From Halorarum halobium (GTDB lineage Archaea; Halobacteriota; Halobacteria; Halobacteriales; Haloferacaceae): DNA of 64,000 bases. Positions within the stretch are counted from its first letter, which is position 1, and each line of letters opens with the position of its first letter. The position numbers were made by a program, and so were the translations under genes. The notes beneath the pieces were generated by a model. That model was not told where the DNA came from. It made no database searches and was given only the letters and a program-made list of their open reading frames with translations. The stretch is taken from the NCBI RefSeq assembly GCF_032116555.1, contig NZ_CP134949.1, positions 1,240,001 to 1,304,000 on the forward strand, written 5' to 3'. Below, piece after piece: positions 18,967-30,092 of the stretch.

Positions 18967-20136
18967 ATGGACACCGACCCGTTCGTGTTCGACTTTCGGC
19001 CCGGCGCGATCCACTACGGGCGCGGCAGCGTCGCCGGCCTGGGCGACGTGCTCGCTGACGCCGGCCGTGACCGCGGACTCGTCGTCTGCGGCTCCAACGT
19101 CGGCGCGAACCGCGACCTGATGGACCCGATCGAGGCCGGACTCGGGGAGCGACTCGCCGGCGTGTTCGACGGAACGACCCCCGACAAGCGCGTCGCCACC
19201 GCCGTCCGCGTCGCGGACCGGGCCGACGAACTCGACGCCGACGCGCTCGTCCCGGTCGGCGGCGGATCCAGTCTCGACGTGGCGACGGTCGCCAGCGCCC
19301 TCCGCGCGGACGGCCGGACGCTCGGCGACGTCCGGGACGAGGTGGAAGCGACCGGTGGCATCGCGCTCCCCGAGGACGAGGACGCGTTGACGCCGCTGGT
19401 GCCGGTGCCGACGACGCTCGCCGGCGCGGACATGTCGGTCATCGCGGGCGTCACCGTGGACCTGGGCGGGGAGGTCGTCAGCACCGGCGTCGGCGGCGAG
19501 GCGCTGATGCCGGCGGCGTTCTGTTATGACCCGGCGCTGTTCGAGACGACGCCCGCGGGCGTGCTCGCCGGCTCCGCGATGAACGGCTTCGACAAGGCCG
19601 TCGAGACGCTCTACTCGCGCAACCGTTCGGCCATCACGGACGCGACCGCGACGCGCGCAATCGACGCGCTGCTCGATGGGCTCCCGGCCATGCTCGACTC
19701 GGCGGACGCGATGGACCGCGCGGTCGCGGGCATCGTCCTGGCACAGTACGGCGTCTCGCGACCCGGCTCGATGACGCTGAACGTCCTGCACGCGTTCGGC
19801 CACGGACTCCGGGACGCGTTCGGCATCCAGCAGGGCGTCGCCCACGCGGTCGTCGCGCCCAGCGTCCTGCGGGACCTGCTCGAGTCCGACGCCGACACCG
19901 AGGCGCTGCGCGACGCCTTCGACGCTGCCGGCGCGGCCGGCGTGGTCGACGCCGTCGCCCGGCTCCGGGACGAACTGGACCTCCCGACTCGGCTCTCCGC
20001 GGTCGAGGGCGTCCGCGAGGACGGGCTCGCGGAGGCGGCCCGCGTGACGGCGACGGACTCGCTGCTCGCGAACGCCCCGGAGGGGTACGAACTCGACGCG
20101 GGTGCGACCGAACGGCTGCTCCGGGACGCCTGGTGA
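18967..20136 (+). CDS. iron-containing alcohol dehydrogenase family protein (atypical metal site)
   Basis: VGGGSSLDVA, VPTTLAGA, YDPAL, LHAFGHGL. Confidence 0.85.
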   Translation: MDTDPFVFDFRPGAIHYGRGSVAGLGDVLADAGRDRGLVVCGSNVGANRDLMDPIEAGLGERLAGVFDGTTPDKRVATAVRVADRADELDADALVPVGGGSSLDVATVASALRADGRTLGDVRDEVEATGGIALPEDEDALTPLVPVPTTLAGADMSVIAGVTVDLGGEVVSTGVGGEALMPAAFCYDPALFETTPAGVLAGSAMNGFDKAVETLYSRNRSAITDATATRAIDALLDGLPAMLDSADAMDRAVAGIVLAQYGVSRPGSMTLNVLHAFGHGLRDAFGIQQGVAHAVVAPSVLRDLLESDADTEALRDAFDAAGAAGVVDAVARLRDELDLPTRLSAVEGVREDGLAEAARVTATDSLLANAPEGYELDAGATERLLRDAW

Positions 20137-20242
20137 GCGGGCGACAGGTTGCAACCTGGCCCGTTCCCGGCGCGGTCGAAACGGCGTGGAACGATCCCCG
20201 AGTTGACGAACGCCTATGCCGCGGGGCCGCGTAGAACGGCCC

Positions 20243-21634
20243 ATGAGCGAGCAGCCCGCCCGCCCCCCGTCGTCAGTTCCCGGCCCCGACGGAACGCCCC
20301 TCCTCGGCTCGTTTCTCGACGTCAGGCGCGACTCGTTCGGCTTCAGGGAGCGGCTGGCGAGCGAGCACGGCGGCCTGGCCAGGTACACGGTGCTCGGAAC
20401 CGACGTGTTCCTGCTCACGGACCCGGACCTGGTCGAGCAGGTGCTCGTCCAGGACAACCAGCGCTACGTGAAGGGCGAGCTGTTCCAGCAGCAGCTCGCC
20501 CCCGTGCTCGGGAACGGCCTGCTGAACAGCGAAGGGGAGTTCTGGCGTCGCCAGCGCCACCTCATCCAGCCGGCGTTCACGCCCGATCGGATCGCCGAGT
20601 ACGCCGGGATGATGACCGACAGCACGCGCCGCGCGACCGCGAACTGGGAGGACGGCGACGTCCGGGACGTGCACGGCGAGACGATGGCGCTGACGCTCGA
20701 CATCGTCGCGACCGCGCTCATGGGCGTCGACATCCGGGACCGGACGCCCGCGGTCGGGGCCGCGCTCGACACCGTGATGGAGGCAGCCGCCGGGTCGCTG
20801 CTCGACCTGCTGCCGCCCTGGGTGCCGACGCCGGCCAGACAGTCCGTCGACGAGGCGGTGGCGACGCTGGACCGCATCGTCGACGAGATCATCGCCGAAA
20901 AGCGGGGTGACCCCGGCGATGACGTCGTCTCGGCGCTGTTGCGCGCCGAGGACGAGGAGGGGGAGTCGATGAGCGACGAGCAGGTGCGCGACGAGGTGAA
21001 GACGCTGCTGCTGGCGGGCCACGAGACGACCGCGCTCTCGCTCACGTTCACGCTCCACCTGCTGGCGCGACACCCCGAGGTCGAACGACGGCTGCTGGCC
21101 GAACTCGACGCAAAGCTCGACGGCGAGACGCCGACGCTCGGGGCCGTCGGCGACCTCCCGTACCTGGAGCAGGTCGTCCAGGAGTCGATGCGCTTGCTGC
21201 CGCCCGTCCACGGCATCCTGCGGGAGCCGACCGAGGACGTCACGCTCGGCGGCTATCGGATCCCGGCGGGGTCGACGCTCTCGATCAGCCAGTGGGTCGT
21301 CCACCGCGACTCCGACGTCTACGACGACCCGGAGTCGTTCCGGCCGGAGCGCTGGACCGACGAGCTGGAGGCCGACCTTCCCAGACTTGGCTACTTCCCG
21401 TTCTCGGCCGGCCCCCGTCGCTGCATCGGCGACCGGTTCGCCATGCTGGAGGCGAAGCTCGTGCTCGCCACGCTCCTCCAGTCCTACCGGTTCGAACTCG
21501 TCGGCTCGGGGGAACTGGACCTGATCGCGAGCATCACCTCGCGCCCGTCCGATCCCGTCAGGATGCGGATCCGGGAGCGGGCCGTCGGGGCGACCGGCCG
21601 CCGAACCGACGAGGCCGTGCCCGCGGAGGACTGA
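20243..21634 (+). CDS. cytochrome P450
   Basis: I-helix AGHETT, ExxR (ESMR), FRPERW, heme motif FSAGPRRCIG. Confidence 0.96.
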   Translation: MSEQPARPPSSVPGPDGTPLLGSFLDVRRDSFGFRERLASEHGGLARYTVLGTDVFLLTDPDLVEQVLVQDNQRYVKGELFQQQLAPVLGNGLLNSEGEFWRRQRHLIQPAFTPDRIAEYAGMMTDSTRRATANWEDGDVRDVHGETMALTLDIVATALMGVDIRDRTPAVGAALDTVMEAAAGSLLDLLPPWVPTPARQSVDEAVATLDRIVDEIIAEKRGDPGDDVVSALLRAEDEEGESMSDEQVRDEVKTLLLAGHETTALSLTFTLHLLARHPEVERRLLAELDAKLDGETPTLGAVGDLPYLEQVVQESMRLLPPVHGILREPTEDVTLGGYRIPAGSTLSISQWVVHRDSDVYDDPESFRPERWTDELEADLPRLGYFPFSAGPRRCIGDRFAMLEAKLVLATLLQSYRFELVGSGELDLIASITSRPSDPVRMRIRERAVGATGRRTDEAVPAED

Positions 21635-21737
21635 GGCCGGTAGCTGGGTCGGTTCCGCGAGGGCCGGGATCCGGGGTCCGATCCTTCGATTGCGCCGAGT
21701 GGAAGCTTGAAATGGTCCGCCGCCCGAGCCGAAGGTA

Positions 21738-22919
21738 ATGAACGGCAACGAGTTCGGCCGGCTCTTCCGGGTCACCACCTACGGTGAGAGCCACGGCGAC
21801 GCGATGGGGTGTACCGTTTCGGGGGTGCCGGCCGGCGTCGAACTGGACGAGGAGACGATCCAGCGCGACCTCGACCGCCGCAAGCCCGGGCAGTCGATGA
21901 TCACGACCAGCCGCGGCGAGCCCGACGAGGTGACGATCAACTCCGGGCTCCAGGACGGCTACACGACGGGCACGCCGGTCGGGATGGTCATCCAGAACAA
22001 GGACGCCCGCTCGGGCAAGTACGAGCCGTTCGTCACCGCGCCGCGGCCCTCGCACGGCGACTTCACCTACTCCGCGAAGTTCGGGACGCGCAACTGGGGC
22101 GGCGGCGGCCGCTCCTCGGCGCGCGAGACGGTGAACTGGGTCGCCGCCGGTGCGGTGGCGAAGGCGGTGCTCGACGGGAGCGAGTACGACGTCGAGATCA
22201 AGGCCCACGTCAACCAGATCGGCGACGTCGAGGCCCCGGAGGTGAGCTTCGCGGAGATGCTGGAGCACTCGGAGGAGAACGAGGTGCGGTGTGGCCACCC
22301 GGAGACGGCCGAACGGATGCGCGAACGCATCGACGAGTACCAGGAGGCGGGCGACTCCATCGGCGGCGCGATCGCGTTCGAGGCTCGCGGGGTCCCGCGC
22401 GGGCTCGGCGCGCCGCGCTTCGACTCGGTGCCCTCGCGGCTCGGCCGCGCGATGATGGCCATCCCGGCCACGACGGCGTTCGAGTTCGGCCTCGGGCGCG
22501 ACGCGCGGGAGGTCGCGGGCCACGAGCGGAACGAGAACTGGGAGTTCGACGACGGCGAGGGTCACGACGAAACCGTCAGCGACGAGGGCGACCCGGTGCC
22601 GGTCGGCAACGATCACGGCGGGCTTCAGGGCGGCATCACCACCGGCGAACCGATCTACGGCGAGGTGTCGTTCCACGCGCCGACGTCGATTCCGAAGGAG
22701 CAGACGACCGTCGACTGGGAGACGGGCGAGGAGAAGGAGATCCAGGTCGTCGGCCGCCACGACCCGGTGTTGCCCCCGCGGGGCGTGCCGGTGGTCGAGG
22801 CGATGTTGTGGTGTACGGTGCTCGACTTCATGCTGCTGGGGGGGCGGATCAATCCGGATCGACTGGATGGGGATGTGGGGGAGTACGACACGGAGTACCA
22901 TCCGAGCAGTCCGGAGTGA
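21738..22919 (+). CDS. aroC: chorismate synthase
   Basis: TTYGESHG, RPSHGD, GGGRSSARET, GGITTG, GRHDP. Confidence 0.97.
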   Translation: MNGNEFGRLFRVTTYGESHGDAMGCTVSGVPAGVELDEETIQRDLDRRKPGQSMITTSRGEPDEVTINSGLQDGYTTGTPVGMVIQNKDARSGKYEPFVTAPRPSHGDFTYSAKFGTRNWGGGGRSSARETVNWVAAGAVAKAVLDGSEYDVEIKAHVNQIGDVEAPEVSFAEMLEHSEENEVRCGHPETAERMRERIDEYQEAGDSIGGAIAFEARGVPRGLGAPRFDSVPSRLGRAMMAIPATTAFEFGLGRDAREVAGHERNENWEFDDGEGHDETVSDEGDPVPVGNDHGGLQGGITTGEPIYGEVSFHAPTSIPKEQTTVDWETGEEKEIQVVGRHDPVLPPRGVPVVEAMLWCTVLDFMLLGGRINPDRLDGDVGEYDTEYHPSSPE

Positions 22920-22990
22920 GCCTGCGACCGAAGTAGAACCGGCGTGGGGCGCCAGCAGGACGAAGTATCCCCGCTCCGAAACGTGCCACG

Positions 22991-23419
22991 ATGTACGACG
23001 AGGTCCTCCTGCCGACCGACGGAAGCGACGGCACCGAGGCCGCGCTGGCACACGCCGAAGCGCTCGGCCTGGCGTTCGACGCGAGAGTCCACGTCCTGTT
23101 CGTCGCCGACACGAACCGCGACAGCGTCGCCACGCTCGCGGGGGGCGAGACGACGGACGTGTTGAGCGAGAAGGGCCACGAGATCGTCGAGGAGACGTCG
23201 GCCGCGCTGGACCCGGCCGTCGACAGGGTGACGGAGGTGCTCCAGGGCGACCCCCACGGGACCATCGTCGACTACGCCGACGAGTACGGCGTGGACCTCG
23301 TGGTGATGGCGACCCACGGCCGGCGGGGGCTCGACCGGTTCCTGCTCGGCAGCGTCACCGAGCGGGTGGTTCGGACCGCGAACGTGCCCGTGATGACGGT
23401 TCGGCTGGACGAGGAGTAG
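22991..23419 (+). CDS. universal stress protein (UspA family)
   Basis: VLLPTDGS, DLVVMATHGRRG..RFLLGSVTERVVR. Confidence 0.93.
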   Translation: MYDEVLLPTDGSDGTEAALAHAEALGLAFDARVHVLFVADTNRDSVATLAGGETTDVLSEKGHEIVEETSAALDPAVDRVTEVLQGDPHGTIVDYADEYGVDLVVMATHGRRGLDRFLLGSVTERVVRTANVPVMTVRLDEE

Positions 23420-23554
23420 GCGGGAGATCGACGGCCTGGGGGGATCGAGAATCGGCGTGAGTCCGTGAGCGCACGACGCGGGAGGTTCGGAGGGCGTGGA
23501 GACCGAGCCGACTCTGGCCCGTTCTCCGGCGGGACGCTCGGTGGGGACGGCCGG

Positions 23555-23689
23555 TTACTGGAGGTACGAGGGCTCCTCGGCGTCGCAGTTCTCCTCGTGC
23601 TGGCGGGCGTCGTCGGGGTCGTCCAGCAGGAGCCCGCACCGCTCGCACTGGTACCACGTCATGTCGTCCCGCTCGGTCTCGGTGACCAT
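23555..23689 (-). CDS. 44-aa zinc-finger microprotein (absent from the ORF track)
   Basis: Minus strand reads MVTETERDDMTWYQCERCGLLLDDPDDARQHEENCDAEEPSYLQ-stop, with a C-x2-C-x12-H-x3-C pattern. Confidence 0.82.
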   Translation of the reverse strand: MVTETERDDMTWYQCERCGLLLDDPDDARQHEENCDAEEPSYLQ

Positions 23690-23754
23690 ACTCGGACGTT
23701 GGACCGCGTCGGTAAATCGCTACCGGCGACTCGTCCGCCGGCGCGCCCCTCGGC

Positions 23755-24207
23755 TCAAAAGTCGGGGAGGTCCTCGGGCGCGTCGAACTCGCTCTCCCAG
23801 TCGACGTACTCCTCTTTCAGCACCTCACAGACGACCTGCCCGAACTCGGTGAGCCCGGCGTTGATGGCCGACACCTGCGACCACGAGTCGAGCCCCGGGT
23901 GCAGGTCGCGCTCCTTCCAGTCCTCGGGGATGCCGGGCGCGTGATAGCCCACCCGGTCGGCGAAGTCGTCCCAGAAGAAGTCGAATCGGGCGACGAGATC
24001 GAGCGCCTCGACGATCATCCACTCGGTCTCGTCGAGGTCCGCGCCGGCCGCCCACTGGTCGAACGCCTCCGCCCAGGCCCCCTCGCGGAGGAACGCCTCC
24101 AGTTCCTCGCGCCGGTAGTTCTCCCCGCCGACCTCCGTGTCGTCGTAGCTGCTCGGGTCCACCGCGTTCAACTCCGGCGGCTCCGGCGGCTCCACGTCGA
24201 GGCTCAT
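23755..24207 (-). CDS. haloarchaeal hypothetical protein
   Basis: Acidic, Trp-rich ORF starting MSLDVEPPEPP. Confidence 0.75.
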   Translation of the reverse strand: MSLDVEPPEPPELNAVDPSSYDDTEVGGENYRREELEAFLREGAWAEAFDQWAAGADLDETEWMIVEALDLVARFDFFWDDFADRVGYHAPGIPEDWKERDLHPGLDSWSQVSAINAGLTEFGQVVCEVLKEEYVDWESEFDAPEDLPDF

Positions 24208-24344
24208 GCGGGACCGTTTCCCGTCGCCCGGCAAAGACCTGCCGCAGGAACGTGAGCGACCGCCGGGCGGAACGCGAGAGTGTTCCCGCGGGAACGGACG
24301 TCCTCCCGTGAGAGCGTCGGAGTTAACCGAGCGCGGACGAAGCG

Positions 24345-25406
24345 ATGCCCATGCCCAATCGGAGGGAGTTCCTCGCCGCCGCTGGCACCGCGGCCGCCGG
24401 CGGCCTCGCGGGCTGCGTGCGGGTCGGGAGTTCGGCCGGCTCGTCCGGGGAGAGCGCGACGCCCGACACGACCACCGTTTACGAGGCGACGCTCCCCTCG
24501 GTGGTCGGCGTGCTCGTCTACGGACCGAACGGTCCCGTCGCGGAGGGGTCGGGGTTCGTCGGTCCCGACGGCGTCGTGATCACGAACGAGCACGTCGTCG
24601 CCGACGCGACTGACGTCCGACTCAGGTTCGAGGGCAACGAGTGGCGCGGGGCGACCGTCGTCGGCACGGACGCCTACAGCGACCTCGCGGTCCTGCGCCC
24701 TGCCGAGCGCCCCGAATCGGCGACCCCGCTCCCGTTCGTCGACACCGACCCGGAGCCGCCGGTCGGCACGGACGTCCTCGCGATCGGCTCGCCGTACGGC
24801 TTCGACGGCTCCGCCTCGGAGGGGATCATCAGCGGCGTCGACCGACTGCTCCCCGCGCCCAACGAGTTCCAGATCGCCGACGCCGTCCAGACGGACGCCG
24901 CGCTGAACCCCGGAAACAGCGGCGGGCCGCTCGTCACGCTCGACGGCGACGTCGTCGGCGTGGTCAGTTCGGCCGGCGGCGAGAACGTCGGCTTCGCCAT
25001 CTCGGCCGCGCTCGCGACGCGGGTCGTCCCGGCGCTGGCCGCGGAGGGTCGGTACGACCACCCGTACATGGGAACGAGCCTGCTGGAGGTCACGCCCGCT
25101 GTCGCCGAGACGTACGACCTCGCGGACGTCGGCGGCGTCGTCGTCGCCGAGGTGCTGGCGGGCGGGCCGTCGGAAGGGGTCCTCCGGGGAGCGGACGCCG
25201 AGACGGTGACGGACGGCGTCGCCGTGCCGACCGGCGGCGACGTGATCCGGGGGCTGAACGGCGACGACGTCGAGACGATGGCGGACCTCTCGAACACGCT
25301 CGCGCTCGACACCGGCCCCGACGAGACGGTTCCGGTCACGGTGTTGCGCGAGGATGAGGAGCTGACCGTCGACCTCACGCTCGGCGCGCGACCGCAGCCC
25401 TCCTGA
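24345..25406 (+). CDS. HtrA/S1C serine protease with PDZ domain, Tat lipoprotein
   Basis: NRREFL..LAGC signal. Catalytic triad in TNEHVV, DLAVL, GNSGGPL. Confidence 0.93.
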   Translation: MPMPNRREFLAAAGTAAAGGLAGCVRVGSSAGSSGESATPDTTTVYEATLPSVVGVLVYGPNGPVAEGSGFVGPDGVVITNEHVVADATDVRLRFEGNEWRGATVVGTDAYSDLAVLRPAERPESATPLPFVDTDPEPPVGTDVLAIGSPYGFDGSASEGIISGVDRLLPAPNEFQIADAVQTDAALNPGNSGGPLVTLDGDVVGVVSSAGGENVGFAISAALATRVVPALAAEGRYDHPYMGTSLLEVTPAVAETYDLADVGGVVVAEVLAGGPSEGVLRGADAETVTDGVAVPTGGDVIRGLNGDDVETMADLSNTLALDTGPDETVPVTVLREDEELTVDLTLGARPQPS

Positions 25407-25490
25407 CGGTCGGTCCGTCGACGCCCCGGCGGTCGTCCCGGTCGGCACGTCCGACGAACTCATCCCGGTCGGTTCGGAACGCTCCGCGCT

Positions 25491-27884
25491 TCAGTCGTCG
25501 TCAGCCGCGACGGTCTCCCCGTCGAACGCGAAGCCGGAGTCCCCGCTCGTTCCCCCGCGCCCCGCTTCCTCGGCCACGCTGTCCCCGTTCACCTCGCGCT
25601 CGTGCTCAGTCTCGAACTGCTCGGTGAGGCTCCGCAGTTCGGTGGCGCGCTCGGAGACCCGTGCCACCTCGCCGCTCACCTGATCGAGCGACGCGCTCTG
25701 CTCCTCGGCGGCCGCGGAGACGGTGTCGGCCTCGGCCGCGGTCTCCTCGCTCACGGTCGCCACGTCCTCGGCGAGCGTGGCGACTTCCTCGGCCGAGGCG
25801 GCCTGGTCGTCGGCGGCCCTGCTGATCGACTGGACGCCGTCGTTGGCCGACTCCACGGCGTCCACGACGTCCTCCAGCGCGGAGAGGCCCGCTTCGATGG
25901 TCTCTGTGCCGTCCGCGACCCGCTCGCGCATCCCCTCGATGTCCGCGACGGCGTCGTCGGTCGAGTCCTGCACCTGCTCGACCAGGCCCGCGATCCTGGC
26001 GGTCGCCTCCCGCGTCTCGGTTGCGAGCGACTTGACCTCCTCGGCGACGACCGCGAACCCCTCGCCCGCCTCGCCCGCACGGGCGGCCTCGATGCTCGCG
26101 TTCAGCGCGAGCACGTTCGTCTGTTCCGCGATGCCGTCGATGAGTTCGACGATCTCGCCGATCTCCTCGACCTCGGACTCAAGCCCGCCCACGGCGTCCG
26201 CCGTCTCCTCGCTCGCGGACTCGATCGCCGCCATCTCGTCGACGGCCGCGTCCGCGAGCGCCGTCCCCTCCTCGCCCGTCTCGACTGCTTCCGTCGACTG
26301 CTCCGCGACCTCGCCGGCGGTGGCCGCGACCTCCTCGACGGCCGCAGAGAGCTGTCCCATCTCCGAGGTGACCTCCGAGAGGTGCTCGGACTGCTCTGCC
26401 GCGCCGGCCGAGATCTCGTCGGTCGCGCTCGCCACCTCGCGGCTCGCCTGCTCGGCCTCCGCGACGCCCTCGCTCGCCTCCGTGCTCGACCGCGCAACCT
26501 CGTCGGCGACGCTGTCGACGCGACCGACCGTGCGCTCGAGGTCCGCGAGCATCCCGTTGCACGCGTGGGCGACCGAGCGCATCGCTTCGTTGTCGGTCTC
26601 GGCGGGCAGCCGCACCGTGAGGTCGCCGTCGGCGGCCGCGTCGAGTCGGTCGCCGTACGCGGCGGCGACGCGTTCGAGCTCCTCGTTCGTCGCCTCCATC
26701 TCCGCGATTAGCGAGCGCAGGTCGGCCCGCATCGACAGCAGCGACTCGCCGAGCTCGCCGGGCACGTCCTCGTCGAACGCGGCCGCGTCGAACTCCTTCC
26801 GGGCCACCGCGTCGGCCTGTGCGGACGCCGAATCGAGGTACTCGGTCACGTCGACGATGGCGTTGCGAACGTCGCCGACCTCGTCGATGCGGTCCGTCCG
26901 GGTCGCGTCGACGTCCGTCTCCCCGTTCGCGAGCGCCTCGGCGCGCCCGGCGAGCCCCCGGAGCGTCACCCCGGTCGTCCGGCCCATCGTCACGCCCAGC
27001 ACGACGAACCCGAGCAGCGACAGGCCGATGACGATCAGGAACCCGCGCCGGACGTCCGTGGCAAGCGCGTACGCGCTCGATTTGGGAACCGTCGTGACGA
27101 CGACCCAGTCGGTCCCCTCGACCGGAGCGTAGGCCGTGACGACGTCGCTGCCGTCCGCCTCGTGAACGCCGGATTCACCCGAAGACGCGGCGTTCACTGC
27201 GGGCGCTTCCGTACCGCCCGGGTAGGTGCTTCCCGCACGGTCGACGTCGGAGGCGAACTGGACGGTCGCGGTCCGGCCGTCGACGACGCGCGTGAACCGT
27301 TCGGTCCCGGCCGACCGCAGCGCCGCGTCACGGGCGGTCGCGTTCACGGTCATCACGACCGCGTTCGTGGTGCCGGGCACGTAGCTGGCGAACGCCACCT
27401 TCCGTTGATCGTCGTCGCCGAAGACGCTCGAAACGGCCGTCCCGACGGGGGAGAGCCCGACCAGGGACTGGCTCCCGGTCTCCTCCCAGACCACGCCGTC
27501 GAGCGTCGTGCCGACCGCGGCCTCGTCGCTGCTCACGTTGACCCGCATCGTCTCGGCGTCGACGTAGTGGAGCGCCGCCACGTCGCCGGGGAGCCGGTTC
27601 ACCTCGGTGCCGAACAGCGTCTTCATCCCCGTGTCGTCGCGCCCCTTCGCCATGTCGGAGACGAGCCGCGTCGTCTGGCGGTGCTCCTCGACCCAGCCGC
27701 CGAGGTCCGCCGCGTTCAACTCGGCGCTCGAACGGAGGTCGTCGTGGGTCCGCTCGCGGAGGTCCGACGCGACCTGTCCCTGCATCGCCGCGCCCACGCC
27801 GGCGACGACGACCAGCGTCAGGAGGGTCACCGCCGCGAACTTCCGCAGGTACGAGCGGCGGATCGCGTCCGGAACGAGTGTCAT
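25491..27884 (-). CDS. membrane-bound methyl-accepting transducer (Htr) with Cache-like sensor and HAMP domains
   Basis: Two TM helices, [16 protein letters not shown] (RIDEVG), signalling tip [34 protein letters not shown]. Confidence 0.95.
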   Translation of the reverse strand: MTLVPDAIRRSYLRKFAAVTLLTLVVVAGVGAAMQGQVASDLRERTHDDLRSSAELNAADLGGWVEEHRQTTRLVSDMAKGRDDTGMKTLFGTEVNRLPGDVAALHYVDAETMRVNVSSDEAAVGTTLDGVVWEETGSQSLVGLSPVGTAVSSVFGDDDQRKVAFASYVPGTTNAVVMTVNATARDAALRSAGTERFTRVVDGRTATVQFASDVDRAGSTYPGGTEAPAVNAASSGESGVHEADGSDVVTAYAPVEGTDWVVVTTVPKSSAYALATDVRRGFLIVIGLSLLGFVVLGVTMGRTTGVTLRGLAGRAEALANGETDVDATRTDRIDEVGDVRNAIVDVTEYLDSASAQADAVARKEFDAAAFDEDVPGELGESLLSMRADLRSLIAEMEATNEELERVAAAYGDRLDAAADGDLTVRLPAETDNEAMRSVAHACNGMLADLERTVGRVDSVADEVARSSTEASEGVAEAEQASREVASATDEISAGAAEQSEHLSEVTSEMGQLSAAVEEVAATAGEVAEQSTEAVETGEEGTALADAAVDEMAAIESASEETADAVGGLESEVEEIGEIVELIDGIAEQTNVLALNASIEAARAGEAGEGFAVVAEEVKSLATETREATARIAGLVEQVQDSTDDAVADIEGMRERVADGTETIEAGLSALEDVVDAVESANDGVQSISRAADDQAASAEEVATLAEDVATVSEETAAEADTVSAAAEEQSASLDQVSGEVARVSERATELRSLTEQFETEHEREVNGDSVAEEAGRGGTSGDSGFAFDGETVAADDD

Positions 27885-28036
27885 ACCGAGGCTCGCGGAA
27901 GCCGCAAGTTAAACTCGCGGCCGCAGTTCTCGTCGGTGAGAACGGCGTTCCGGGACGCCCGTTCGGTCGCCCGGAGACCGCCGGGTCGGCCTGATCGGGA
28001 GTTCTTGCCGTCGGGCCGATCCAACTCCCGGTCCGG

Positions 28037-28528
28037 TCAGCCCTCGAGCCGGTCCGCAACGTTCTCCAGCTGGGTCCGCCGCTCCTCGACGGCGACCCGC
28101 CGGAGTTCCGACTCGTTCTCGCTCGGGCACTCGAGCGAGGGGACGGGCGTCGGGCGGCCGTCGTCGTCGAGCGCGACGAACGTGAAAAACGAGGAGGTGG
28201 TCACGCGCTCATCGCCGGTCCGCGGGTTCTCGGCGCGGACGTCGACTTTCACGTCCACGCTCGTCCGGCCGGTGTTGAACACGTACGCCTCGACGACGGC
28301 GACCTCGCCCAGATCGATCGGCGAGATGAAGTCGACGTGGTCCATCGACGCGGTGACGACCTGTTCGGAGGCGAAGCGCATCCCGGCGATGGCCCCGCAG
28401 ATGTCCATCCAGTGGAGCACCGTCCCCCCGAGCGCGCGGCCGAGGTAGTTCGTGTCGTTCGGCAACAGGAGTTCGGTCATCTCGGTGTACGACTCGGCGA
28501 GCGCCACCCCGTCGCGTCCGTCCGTCAT
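28037..28528 (-). CDS. acyl-CoA thioesterase (hotdog fold)
   Basis: LLPNDTNYLGRALGGTVLHWMD, VVTASMDHVDF, GRTSVDV, FTFVALD. Confidence 0.92.
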   Translation of the reverse strand: MTDGRDGVALAESYTEMTELLLPNDTNYLGRALGGTVLHWMDICGAIAGMRFASEQVVTASMDHVDFISPIDLGEVAVVEAYVFNTGRTSVDVKVDVRAENPRTGDERVTTSSFFTFVALDDDGRPTPVPSLECPSENESELRRVAVEERRTQLENVADRLEG

Positions 28529-28625
28529 GGCTCGGCGTTCGACCCCTCGGCGTATGAACCCCGGCGTTGGGTCGCCGGTGTGTCGTGATGGCTCGCCACG
28601 GAACCGACTCCGTTGCCCTCCCGGC

Positions 28626-30002
28626 TCACTCCGTCCGCAGTTCCTCGACGCTCTCCTCGACCTCCCGGACGCGCTGGCGGCCCTCGGCGGCGGTGTCGGC
28701 GACGGCATCGAGCCGGTCCTCCAGCGTCTCGATCTCCGAGACCGCGTCCTCGACCATCGCGGCGACCTCCTCGGCCGAGGCGGCCTGGTCGTCGGTCGCC
28801 TCCGCGACCTGCGCGGCCCCGTCGGCCGTCTCCTCGACCGCCGCCGAGATCTCGGAGAGCGCCTCGGTCACGCCGTCGATGCGCTCGATGGCGGCCGACA
28901 CCTCGTCGGTCGTCGCGTCGAGCAGCCTGGCGGTCTCGTGGCTCCGCTCTTGCATGTCGCCGACGAGGTCGTCGACGCGCTCGGCGTGCTCGCGGCTCTC
29001 CTCGGCGAGCGACTTGACCTCCTCGGCGACGACCGCGAACCCCTCGCCCGCCTCGCCCGCCCTGGCGGCCTCGATGCTCGCGTTCAGCGCCAGCATGTTC
29101 GTCTGCTCGGCGATGCCGTCGATGAGTTCGACCACCTCGCCGACCTCGTCGGCCCGGTCGGTCAGGTCGTCGACCGCGCCCGCGACCTCGTCGGTCGCGT
29201 CCTCGACGCCGGCCATCGCGTCGGCGACGTCGGTGGCCGCGTCGTCGCCCTCCTCCACGAGGTCGCGCGTCCGGTCGCTGGCGACGGTCACCTGCTCGGC
29301 GCTGGCGGCGATCTCCTCGACGCTGGCGCTCTGGTCGGTCATCTCCCCCGCGATCTCCCGCATCCGCTCGGCCTGCTTGGCCGCGAACTCGTCGGCGTCG
29401 TCAGCGAACTCCGCGACCTCGTCGACGGCGTCCGCGAGGTCGGCGGTGCGTTCCCGGATCGCGCCGCTCACCCGCGACTGGAGGCGTTCGAGGTCGCGCT
29501 GTCGCCTGACGTGGTCGGTCACGTCCGCGGCGACCGAGAACGCCCCGACCGGTTCGCCGTCCGGCGCGGTGAGCGGGACCGCGTACACCTGCAGCGCCTT
29601 GTCGCTCCCCGGGATCTCGCGGACGTCGTCCTCGGCGACCGTCTCCCCGAGCCGCGAGACTTTTTCGGCCAGCGTCTCCTCGGTTCCCTCGGTGCCGAGC
29701 ACCTCGTGGGCGTTGTTGCCGACTGCCTCCGCCTCGCTGATGCCGACCATCTCGGTGTGGGCCTCGTTCCAGTGGGTGATCTGCCCGCCGTCGTCGACGA
29801 CGAGCGCGCTCTCGGGGAGCGCCGCGACGAGCCCGTCGAACATGTCGCGCCAGAACGCCGCTTCCAGTCGGTCGCGCTCGGCCGGCCCGGCAGGGTCCGC
29901 GCGTTCGAGATACGACTCGGCGAGCCGTTCGGCTCCGTCCGTCGTCGGCCGGCCTCCGCCGGGTACGTGTCTCCCGGCGGATCCGCCCTCGGTGTCGCTC
30001 AT
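28626..30002 (-). CDS. soluble PAS-domain methyl-accepting transducer
   Basis: PAS segment ([19 protein letters not shown]) plus MCP signalling domain. No TM helix. Confidence 0.92.
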   Translation of the reverse strand: MSDTEGGSAGRHVPGGGRPTTDGAERLAESYLERADPAGPAERDRLEAAFWRDMFDGLVAALPESALVVDDGGQITHWNEAHTEMVGISEAEAVGNNAHEVLGTEGTEETLAEKVSRLGETVAEDDVREIPGSDKALQVYAVPLTAPDGEPVGAFSVAADVTDHVRRQRDLERLQSRVSGAIRERTADLADAVDEVAEFADDADEFAAKQAERMREIAGEMTDQSASVEEIAASAEQVTVASDRTRDLVEEGDDAATDVADAMAGVEDATDEVAGAVDDLTDRADEVGEVVELIDGIAEQTNMLALNASIEAARAGEAGEGFAVVAEEVKSLAEESREHAERVDDLVGDMQERSHETARLLDATTDEVSAAIERIDGVTEALSEISAAVEETADGAAQVAEATDDQAASAEEVAAMVEDAVSEIETLEDRLDAVADTAAEGRQRVREVEESVEELRTE

Positions 30003-30092
30003 GTCGTCGGCGGATACACCTCGGCCGTGTTATAGCTTCCCGGGCAATTATTCGTCCTGATTCTGGGGCCGCCGCTTCCCGCCGTTCCCGCC

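Noticed and set aside
4378..22919. Aromatic amino-acid genes as a novel biosynthetic cluster
   Set aside because: aroK, chorismate mutase, tyrA, aroA and aroC are standard primary-metabolism genes, here on mixed strands and interspersed with unrelated genes.
26030..29130. Near-identical ~110-bp segments at about 26030-26150 and 29005-29130
   Set aside because: They encode the conserved signalling tip of two paralogous transducers and are not a mobile repeat.
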